From an uncultured Bacteroidota bacterium (GTDB taxonomy: Bacteria; Bacteroidota; Bacteroidia; Flavobacteriales; BACL11): a DNA stretch of 64,000 bases. The translations under genes and the position numbers were made by a program. The stretch covers positions 4,152 to 68,151 of the forward strand of contig CACHFI010000001.1 in assembly GCA_902579065.1 (NCBI GenBank), read 5' to 3'. The notes beneath the pieces were generated by a model. That model searched no databases. It was not told the DNA's origin and saw only the letters and a list, made by a program, of their open reading frames with translations. How positions within the stretch are numbered: the stretch's first letter is position 1; the number at the start of each line of letters is the position of its first letter. This document shows positions 57,209 through 64,000 of the stretch, piece by piece.

Positions 57209-59662
57209 CTAGAATCTAAAAATAAATTTTAGATTTAATTGTCTTCTTGTTAAGTAATTTGGAACGGCAAATTGTCTTCCTCCTACATCAGAAACCCACA
57301 AATAAGATATAGTGTTATTTATGTCTAGCAAATTGAATACTTCTGCGCTAATCCATGCTGAATTAAATACATTCATAAATTTTACTTTTGCCCTTTTATT
57401 TTCAGATTTTAAAACTGCTGAAAATCCAACATCTACTCTTCTATAATCAGGTATTCTTAAAATATCTTGGTATTTTTCTGATTTTGGAGGTCCAAAAGGA
57501 AGACCTGAACCATAAATCATATTTAAGTGCATTTTATAATTCATATTTCCAGGTATATAATCTTGAAAAAACAGACTAAAGTTAACTCTTTGATCAGTTG
57601 GTCTTGGTATGTAACCTGGGTAAACTGTATTTCCATTATTGTCAATATATGAATCACCAATTATATCTTCTTCAGTTTGCATTATTGATAAACTTGCCCA
57701 ACTTTCAACACCAGAAACAAATTCACCATTAATTTTTACATCAATTCCAGTTGCATACCCTGATGAGTTATTTTCTGCAAGATATTGAATCCTTACGTTA
57801 TCTACTTTATATGGAATTAGATTATCTAATTGCTTGTAATATATTTCAGTTATCCATTTAAATGGTCTTCCCCATTTGTAAAAAAGATAATCTGATCCTA
57901 AGACATAATGAATAGATTTTTGTGATTCAATATTTTGGTTTAATTCTCCATTTGGATATCTCAATTCTCTGTAAAATGGAGATTGATAATAAATTCCAGA
58001 AGCTAATCTAAATACAATATCTTTTTCCCATTTTGGAGCATAGGCTAATGAAAATCTAGGAGAAACTAAGAGTTCACTATTGTATGACCAATAACTAGAT
58101 CTAGTTCCAGCTGATATAGATAAATTATTTATATCTTGATTGTATTCAAGATAGCCAGATTGTCTAGTACTTGATATATTTATATCTGTTTTTAATAATT
58201 CGTCCATCAATACTTGTTGATTTGGATTAGAAGGATTTCCTATCGAGTCATATGGATGAGGAAGGGTAAAGCCAGCAGAATCAATTAATGTCCACTCACT
58301 AATTTTGTCAATTATATTTTCATTTTGAGATTTTAATCCCCAATTAATATTTATTTCATTTTGATCGTAATTTCCTTTGTGGGAGAAATTAATAACTCTT
58401 GCATCTAAGGAGTTCCTTGCATGATTAATATATTTTCCAACACCTCTATCAAAAGCAACATCTCCAAAATTATCAGAGCCTAAATTATTATCAAGTTGAT
58501 ATAGCCAATATTCACCTAAAATATCAAAATTTTCTGCTTCAAAAGTTTGAAAGGCTGAGCTTGTTAGTTCAAGTTGAAGTTTTGTGTTTGGATTATATTT
58601 TGTGGAAATAGCACCAAAATATGTTTGATATTTATCTAGTTCTTGTCCTTCAAAAAAAATGGTTAATCTTAGTGCTTCATTAAAGGTTCCAAAATCAGTG
58701 TTCCTGTTTTGAGGAATCATTTGATACCTATTACTTGAAATATTTGTTAAAAGGCTTATATCCCAATTTGTACTTAATTTATAATTTATAAACGTTTGAA
58801 GATCAGAAAATCTTGGAGAATATTCTGCATCTGTATCTAAGCTATTAAGAATATATTGATTTGATTTATGTCTTAATCCTAAGAGATAGCTCAATCTTCT
58901 ATTTTTACTAATTCCTTCTAGATGTGCTGATCCACCCAAAAGACTGAAACTGACTGAGCTAGAATTTTTCTTTGGTTGTTTATATTTTATGTCTAAAACA
59001 GATGACATTTTATCTCCATATTTTGCAGAAAAACCTCCTGCTGAAAACAAAATACTTCCAACTAAATCAGTATTTACGAAACTTAAACCCTCTTGTTGAC
59101 CAGAATGAATTAAAAAAGGTCTATATACTTCAATCCCGTTCACATAAACAAGATTTTCATCAAAATTTCCTCCTCTGACTGAATACTGAGAGCTTAACTC
59201 ATTTGCAGAACTAACACCAGGAAGTGTTTTTAAGACAGATTCTATTCCGCCACCAGATCCGGGAATTACTTCAACATGTTTGGTTTTAATTCTGCTGAGA
59301 TTACTTTTTCTACTTTTTTGATCTTTGACAATAATACTGTTTAACATGGTGTTGGACTCCTTTAAAACAATATTTAAAATATATTGTTGACCTTTTTTAA
59401 GCATTGGAATTCTAATTTTTTCAGTTTCATATCCAATAAAACTAAAAGCAAGAATATAAGATCGATTTGCTTTTATTGAAATATTATATTCTCCTTTGTT
59501 GTTTGATGTAATACCTCCTTTTAGGTCTATTACAGAAATGTTAACTGCTTCTAGTGGTTTATTGTTTACATCAGTAATTTTTCCTTGTATGTTTTGAGCA
59601 GAGGAAACTAGTGTAGTAAAAAAAAGAAAGTAAATAAAAATATAGGCTTTCATCTGATACAA
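57209..59662 (-). CDS. TonB-dependent outer membrane receptor with an N-terminal carboxypeptidase-regulatory-like domain
   Basis: Has a signal peptide, a CarbopepD_reg-like beta-sandwich (IQGKITDVNNKPLEAVNISV), a plug region (SIRGG..DENLVYVNGIEVY) and a C-terminal ...LKFIFRF. Confidence 0.85.
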   Translation of the reverse strand: MYQMKAYIFIYFLFFTTLVSSAQNIQGKITDVNNKPLEAVNISVIDLKGGITSNNKGEYNISIKANRSYILAFSFIGYETEKIRIPMLKKGQQYILNIVLKESNTMLNSIIVKDQKSRKSNLSRIKTKHVEVIPGSGGGIESVLKTLPGVSSANELSSQYSVRGGNFDENLVYVNGIEVYRPFLIHSGQQEGLSFVNTDLVGSILFSAGGFSAKYGDKMSSVLDIKYKQPKKNSSSVSFSLLGGSAHLEGISKNRRLSYLLGLRHKSNQYILNSLDTDAEYSPRFSDLQTFINYKLSTNWDISLLTNISSNRYQMIPQNRNTDFGTFNEALRLTIFFEGQELDKYQTYFGAISTKYNPNTKLQLELTSSAFQTFEAENFDILGEYWLYQLDNNLGSDNFGDVAFDRGVGKYINHARNSLDARVINFSHKGNYDQNEININWGLKSQNENIIDKISEWTLIDSAGFTLPHPYDSIGNPSNPNQQVLMDELLKTDINISSTRQSGYLEYNQDINNLSISAGTRSSYWSYNSELLVSPRFSLAYAPKWEKDIVFRLASGIYYQSPFYRELRYPNGELNQNIESQKSIHYVLGSDYLFYKWGRPFKWITEIYYKQLDNLIPYKVDNVRIQYLAENNSSGYATGIDVKINGEFVSGVESWASLSIMQTEEDIIGDSYIDNNGNTVYPGYIPRPTDQRVNFSLFFQDYIPGNMNYKMHLNMIYGSGLPFGPPKSEKYQDILRIPDYRRVDVGFSAVLKSENKRAKVKFMNVFNSAWISAEVFNLLDINNTISYLWVSDVGGRQFAVPNYLTRRQLNLKFIFRF

Positions 59663-59736
59663 AAGTATGATTTTATAGCTACAATATAACTTTAGATTAA
59701 CTAGATTATTATGTATTTTTTATACTTTTATAATCT

Positions 59737-60168
59737 ATGGAAATAAAGATTAAAAAAATTTTAGTTTTATGTACAGGAAATTCTTGTAGATCTCAAATGG
59801 CACATGGATTTTTAGAAGCTATGACTGATTATCAAATTTTTAGTGCTGGAACAAAACCAGAACCGGTTAATAAATATGCAGCAGAGGTAATGAAGGAATT
59901 AGATATTGATATTTCTACTAATTCTTCAAATCATATTGATGAATATGTTGATCAGGAAATCACTTTAGTATTGACAGTATGTGATAATGCCAAAGAAATA
60001 TGTCCTGTTTTTCCGGTTAAAACCAACTTTATACATTTCAGCTTTGATGATCCAGCAGATGCCAAAGGAACTTATGAAGAAAAGATAGTCGTTTATAGAA
60101 AAATAAGAGATCAAATACAGGATTTTATAAAAAGCAAATTTTTAGAAATAATCAATAATAAAATTTAG
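59737..60168 (+). CDS. arsC: Arsenate reductase, thioredoxin-coupled LMW-PTP family
   Basis: Has the CTGNSCRS P-loop plus the downstream cysteine pair in LTVCDNAKEICPVF that is characteristic of ArsC rather than a plain LMW-PTP. Confidence 0.8.
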   Translation: MEIKIKKILVLCTGNSCRSQMAHGFLEAMTDYQIFSAGTKPEPVNKYAAEVMKELDIDISTNSSNHIDEYVDQEITLVLTVCDNAKEICPVFPVKTNFIHFSFDDPADAKGTYEEKIVVYRKIRDQIQDFIKSKFLEIINNKI

Positions 60169-61828
60169 CAGAATATTTTTTGATATTATTTAACATATCA
60201 GTCACCTCTAAAGTAAATTGATTTTCTCCTTTTTTTACAATTTTATTAAAATCATATTTTAATAATTTTCTTTTGTGATCATATTCCATTAGTATCCATT
60301 GATTATTTATTCTTCCTTCATATTTTTTAATACCACTTTCTTTATCTTCAATTAAACATTTGATTGTTTTTTGTTTTTTAATTTCCTTTCCTGGATAAAT
60401 ATTTATGCCAGTAATTTTTGGCTTTAAAGTATCAGCAGCTATTGCAAAATCACCAAATTGACTAATTTTTGCAGTTAAAAAGTTATTTTCCCACTTATTT
60501 CCAAAGTATTGAAATTTATTGTTTTTGAGCTTTGCTATGTAAACCTTGTCTTTTAATTTATCTGGTACATTTGATCTTATTGACAATTTCGCTGATTTGT
60601 GTAAAGGGACTGTTTCAAAATGACATTGATATACTTTTCCATAGACACCCTCAACTGAATCTTTCTCTTGGTAGTTAAATTCTATAGTTTCATAAAGATA
60701 ATTTTTCTTAATAGAAAGTTTAAAATCTTCATTTGAAAATTCATTGTCATGATACCAATTAAAAGTTTTAGTAATTGAATTGCTATCTACTATACTAGTG
60801 TCATTATAAATTAGATCTGTTTCTTTAATAATAAATGAAAGATCTGATTTATTATCATATGAGTCATAAACTTCAAATTTTATTTTATGAAATTTATTTT
60901 CATTTAATTTTATAAATCCATTATTAAGAATTGTTTTATAGTTTTTTAGTGAGTTATTTGGTAACCTAAAACATCTATGAAACTTTCTTTTACTCAATAT
61001 TTTCTCTTCATAGTCGATATGTGCATTGATGTATTTGTTTTTGCTAAAATCAAGTTTATCTAATTCAAAATGATAAATCAATACACTATCAACAAATAGT
61101 TTAATTTTATTTACTCCATTTTTATTATAAGCATCATTTGATTTATCATATGTATATATTCCCAATGCTATATCTTCATTTGCATAAATAGTGTCCTCAA
61201 AGTAATATTGATTATTCTTCTTTTTGATTTTGTGTTTAGATGATAGTTTAGAATTATTTACATCAAAAACTTTTATTTCTTTGATGATAGGAGAGATGTT
61301 ATCAATAACCTTAAAACCAAAATCAAGAGGATCAAGAGGGTGTTCAGTTTTTGTATCTCTAATTTCAAAGTGTAGGTGAGCCCCTTGACTACTTCCACTA
61401 TTTCCAGAAAGAGCAATAATTTCTGCTTGTTTTACCATTATGCTATTAGCTTTAGGAAAAATATTTATTTCAAATTTTTCTCTCTTATAGTGTTCTTTTT
61501 TAACTATTGAATCAATCTTTGCAGAAAATTGCTTTAGATGAGCATAAACTGAAGTTTTTCCATCTGGATGATTTATATATACTGCTTTACCATATCCATA
61601 AGAAGAAACTTTTATTCTTGAAACGTATCCATCAGCAATAGCATATATGTTTTGACCTTCAACTCCTTTTGTTTTAAAATCTATTCCAGCATGAAAATGG
61701 TTTCCACGTAGTTCCCCGAAAGTACCAGATAGTAACAATCTAAAATCAAGAGGATTTATATAATCTTGAGCAAATGCATGTTGATTTGAAAATAAAATAA
61801 CTATTAAAAAGATTAAGACTTTTTTCAT
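60152..61828 (-). CDS. M23-family metallopeptidase with a long C-terminal extension
   Basis: Has a signal peptide, HFHAGIDF and GNSGSSQGAHLHFEIRD motifs, then about 380 aa of beta-rich sequence of unknown function. Confidence 0.85.
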   Translation of the reverse strand: MKKVLIFLIVILFSNQHAFAQDYINPLDFRLLLSGTFGELRGNHFHAGIDFKTKGVEGQNIYAIADGYVSRIKVSSYGYGKAVYINHPDGKTSVYAHLKQFSAKIDSIVKKEHYKREKFEINIFPKANSIMVKQAEIIALSGNSGSSQGAHLHFEIRDTKTEHPLDPLDFGFKVIDNISPIIKEIKVFDVNNSKLSSKHKIKKKNNQYYFEDTIYANEDIALGIYTYDKSNDAYNKNGVNKIKLFVDSVLIYHFELDKLDFSKNKYINAHIDYEEKILSKRKFHRCFRLPNNSLKNYKTILNNGFIKLNENKFHKIKFEVYDSYDNKSDLSFIIKETDLIYNDTSIVDSNSITKTFNWYHDNEFSNEDFKLSIKKNYLYETIEFNYQEKDSVEGVYGKVYQCHFETVPLHKSAKLSIRSNVPDKLKDKVYIAKLKNNKFQYFGNKWENNFLTAKISQFGDFAIAADTLKPKITGINIYPGKEIKKQKTIKCLIEDKESGIKKYEGRINNQWILMEYDHKRKLLKYDFNKIVKKGENQFTLEVTDMLNNIKKYSAKFYY

Positions 61829-61906
61829 TTAAATATTTATAATGTTAGTTTGATTGTAGAGTTGTTAAATGAATAATTAAATAAATATTTAATTAACCAA
61901 AAATAT

Positions 61907-61914
61907 TAAATTTG
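61907..61914 (+). promoter_or_regulatory. -7 promoter box (TAAATTTG) for the coiled-coil gene and zapA
   Basis: Exact TAnnTTTG match ending 8 nt before ATG 61923. It covers the GTG start proposed by the ORF track. Confidence 0.4.
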
Positions 61915-61922
61915 TGTTATAT

Positions 61923-62210
61923 ATGTCTTTAAATAAAATAATATCTAACATAGAAATTAAATTAAATAATTTACTTTCTTCTCATAATAAATTAAAAGAA
62001 ATTAATGAGAGTTTGAATGCTGAAAAAGTAAATTTTATTTCAGAAATTGAAACGAAAAATAAAGAGATTGATGCTCTCAAGGATAAGATTAAGATTATGA
62101 GTATTTCTAAATCTGTTGATGCCTCCAAGGGTGATATTAGACAAACCAAATTAAAAATCAATGAATACATTAGAGAGATTGATAAATGTATTGCACAACT
62201 AAATAATTAA
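61923..62210 (+). CDS. Small coiled-coil protein upstream of zapA
   Basis: About 95 aa and heptad-rich (LNNLLSSHNKLKEINESLNAEKVNFISEIETKNKEIDALKDKIK). Its stop lies 2 nt before the zapA start. Confidence 0.65.
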   Translation: MSLNKIISNIEIKLNNLLSSHNKLKEINESLNAEKVNFISEIETKNKEIDALKDKIKIMSISKSVDASKGDIRQTKLKINEYIREIDKCIAQLNN

Positions 62211-62212
62211 TT

Positions 62213-62497
62213 ATGGATAAATTATCAATAAAATTAAATATAGCTAATAGATTCTATCCTATGAAAATTGAAAGAAGCTCAGAGGAAATTATTAGAAATT
62301 CAGTAAAAAAAATTGATGACCGTTTAAAATTTTATGAGGATAATTATGCTATAAAAGATAAGCAAGATCTTCTTGCTATGTGTCTAATTGAATATGCATC
62401 TAAGCTTGAAAAAATTAACCAAAATAAATTTATTTCTGATGATGGAATTTCAGATAAATTAACTAAATTAGATGAGTTATTATCTGAGTTCAAATAA
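62213..62497 (+). CDS. zapA: Cell division protein ZapA
   Basis: 94 aa with a ZapA-like N-terminal pattern (IKLNIANRFYPMKIERSSEEIIR.....ID) and a C-terminal helix. Confidence 0.75.
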   Translation: MDKLSIKLNIANRFYPMKIERSSEEIIRNSVKKIDDRLKFYEDNYAIKDKQDLLAMCLIEYASKLEKINQNKFISDDGISDKLTKLDELLSEFK

Positions 62498-62515
62498 TAA
62501 CAAATAAGTTCTTTA

Positions 62516-62705
62516 AATAATTCCTGCATTATTTTTACTATTAAACTCAACACTAGTTCTAATTTGAGTTTATCTTGATGTGTTAAAAACAGGCCTCAAT
62601 AATTTTTTATTCATTGACTATTCAATGACAGTGGAAGTTTGCAACACATTAGCAACTCTATCCATTTTATTATGGAGTTTAATTTGTACTTGATGCAGGA
62701 TTATT
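62516..62705 (+). ncRNA. ssrS: 6S-like RNA (candidate SsrS / 6S-Flavo type)
   Basis: Hand folding gives a 6S-like layout. A long closing helix pairs AATAAT/ATTATT, CCTGCAT/ATGCAGG, TAC/GTA and ATTAAACTC/GAGTTTAAT. A large central bubble of about 25 x 23 nt follows. An inner helix pairs ATGTGTT with AACACAT. The terminal hairpin is TCATTGA-CTAT-TCAATGA. It lies directly downstream of zapA, as ssrS does in E. coli, and is followed by a strong terminator. Confidence 0.65.
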
Positions 62706-62706
62706 A

Positions 62707-62740
62707 TAAAAAAAGGGAAGCATTTGCTTCCCTTTTTTAG
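62707..62740. terminator. Bidirectional rho-independent terminator between the 6S-like RNA and the convergent T9SS cargo gene
   Basis: An A8 run is followed by the stem GGGAAGC/GCTTCCC with an ATTT loop, then a T6 run. Confidence 0.85.
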
Positions 62741-62757
62741 TTTTATGAAAAAAGTTA

Positions 62758-64000
62758 TTATTCAATAATAATTTTTTTCTTAACTGAAGAAATTCTTGAT
62801 TTAACATCAACTATATATACACCTTTTGATAAACCACTTGTATTAAGCTTTGTTGTTGTTCCGTTATTAACTTTTTTACTTAATACTTTTTGTCCTGACA
62901 AGTTGTATACTTCAACACTATTAATTAATTCAGCATAACTAACAATATTAATATTGTTTTTAGCAGGGTTTGGATAAATATGAGTTGTTGTTTCTATTAC
63001 TTCATTAAAATCAGTTGATCCTCCTAATCCTAAAACTTCGTACATTCTTGGATTTAAGTATCCATGAATTGTATCTAAGTATAGCATTGGAATAGAATCA
63101 GATCCTGAATTTGGTGAACCTAGTAATGAATTTGCAGCACCATAGCCAGCCGGTGCACCATTTACGGCAGCAAACATCATATCATATGTAGCAAGATCCC
63201 ACCAATCCCATGGTGATGACTCATGATAAGGCATTTCTCCAAAAGCATTTGGTACCGTATCTGGATCTGGAGTATCAAAAACATATAAACCGTCATATAC
63301 TAATGATCCATCATTTAATGGATGATTCCAGTTACTGTTATATGAGTTTGCCATGTGAGTTAATGTATCATTTAATCCAGCTTGGTTAAATGCATTATTG
63401 TTACCCCATAATGTATTGTAGTGGTTAGCTACTCTTGATCCAATTACATCTGGAATAACAATGTCTCCAGTAGTAGGAACAATAATTACTCCCTCATCAA
63501 TAGCAGCAAATGGATCATTTTCACAATGGAAAGAAACATGAGGTACTTGATTACCATCTAGCCAGTCAAGGTCTGCTAGAGTACCACCTAAATTAAATGC
63601 CATACTTACATCATTACTATAAGATGGGTTATTTGGGAAGTTCCATAGCACGTCAGCTGGAAAGTTAAATGGAGGGAAATTAGCAGGATAATAAGTCGTG
63701 TCAGTTCCATCTAAGTTACCATATCCATAAGTAACTGGACCTGGGATTGGAAATTGAGGTGAAATTAAAGGAACATGATTTGATGGATCTGGGTCAGATG
63801 TATCCCAAAATTTTGGATATATAAATAACTCAGAAACTGTATCTAAGGTAATGTATCCCATTGAGAGATATGCACCAGTTCCTTGACCTCCTAGAACTAT
63901 TTTACTGTCATCAATTCCATAAGTGTTTCCATCTTCAGCAACAGTTTTTCTTAGATATCTTACCATTGCTTTAGTGTCATGAATTCCTCTATATGCAGCT
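62758..64000 (-). CDS. Secreted protein with a T9SS C-terminal sorting domain (5' end lies outside the window)
   Basis: The C-terminal roughly 80 aa (IYPNPAKNNINIV....VEVYNLSGQKVLSK......T.KLNTSGLSKGVYIVDVKS) match the Por_Secre_tail-type CTD. The frame stays open upstream of the listed ATG (63966) to the window edge. Confidence 0.85.
   Translation of the reverse strand, partial: AAYRGIHDTKAMVRYLRKTVAEDGNTYGIDDSKIVLGGQGTGAYLSMGYITLDTVSELFIYPKFWDTSDPDPSNHVPLISPQFPIPGPVTYGYGNLDGTDTTYYPANFPPFNFPADVLWNFPNNPSYSNDVSMAFNLGGTLADLDWLDGNQVPHVSFHCENDPFAAIDEGVIIVPTTGDIVIPDVIGSRVANHYNTLWGNNNAFNQAGLNDTLTHMANSYNSNWNHPLNDGSLVYDGLYVFDTPDPDTVPNAFGEMPYHESSPWDWWDLATYDMMFAAVNGAPAGYGAANSLLGSPNSGSDSIPMLYLDTIHGYLNPRMYEVLGLGGSTDFNEVIETTTHIYPNPAKNNINIVSYAELINSVEVYNLSGQKVLSKKVNNGTTTKLNTSGLSKGVYIVDVKSRISSVKKKIIIE

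Noticed and set aside
63880-63925. A GGQGTGAY segment in the truncated T9SS cargo protein that looks like a degenerate alpha/beta-hydrolase nucleophile elbow (GxSxG with no Ser).
   Set aside because: The gene is cut by the window edge and the motif match is imperfect. There is not enough sequence to call an esterase, whether active or inactive.
1-64000. A scan for CRISPR arrays, IS elements or transposases, integrases, rRNA genes, toxin-antitoxin pairs, restriction-modification genes and other defence genes.
   Set aside because: None was found. No repeat-spacer periodicity, no terminal inverted repeats flanking an ORF, and no DDE, tyrosine- or serine-recombinase, nuclease-helicase or methyltransferase-specificity-subunit signatures were seen in any listed ORF.

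Overview
This is an AT-rich, very gene-dense chromosomal segment. About 60 genes are present, and many neighbours overlap by 1-28 nt. It looks like a Bacteroidota/Flavobacteriia genome, probably a streamlined marine one. Lineage clues are a Na+-NQR operon, a T9SS C-terminal sorting domain, TAnnTTTG-type -7 promoter boxes, several Bacteroidota-typical DUF proteins and a 6S-like RNA after zapA.

The content is mostly core housekeeping:
- rpoB (3' end), rpoC and a DUF3467 gene
- pruA and a DUF5103/T9SS-plug-like lipoprotein
- nqrABCDEF, with nqrA broken at an A8 run
- folP divergent from a DUF1599 gene, then a DoxX-like gene, an orphan OppB-like permease, tpiA, prmA and a 1475-aa orphan protein
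- clpS, tRNA-Arg(ACG) and a few small secreted or membrane proteins, one broken at a T10 run
- mpl, an MBL hydrolase, ettA, an lptF/G-like gene and tgt
- RNase P RNA, rpmH and carB
- a surface-glycan cluster: YfhO, GT4, a MOP flippase, GT2 and two sulfotransferase-like genes
- an M1 metallopeptidase fused to an Omp85-like barrel
- a yihY-like gene, nadC, rlmH, rdgB, coaD, rsmD, a DUF3822 gene, a PlsC-like acyltransferase, a short-type purL, a TonB-dependent receptor, arsC and an M23 peptidase
- zapA plus a 6S-like RNA, and a truncated T9SS cargo gene at the right edge

I found no CRISPR array, transposase, integrase, rRNA or recognisable defence or toxin genes. I do not see a convincing novel multi-gene system in this window. 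The best leads are:
- the M1-peptidase/Omp85-barrel fusion
- the two homopolymer-interrupted genes
- the sulfotransferase pair in the glycan cluster
- the domain-less 1475-aa protein
- the 6S-like RNA
- the DUF1599-folP pairing

All functional calls rest on motif recognition by eye. No searches were run.
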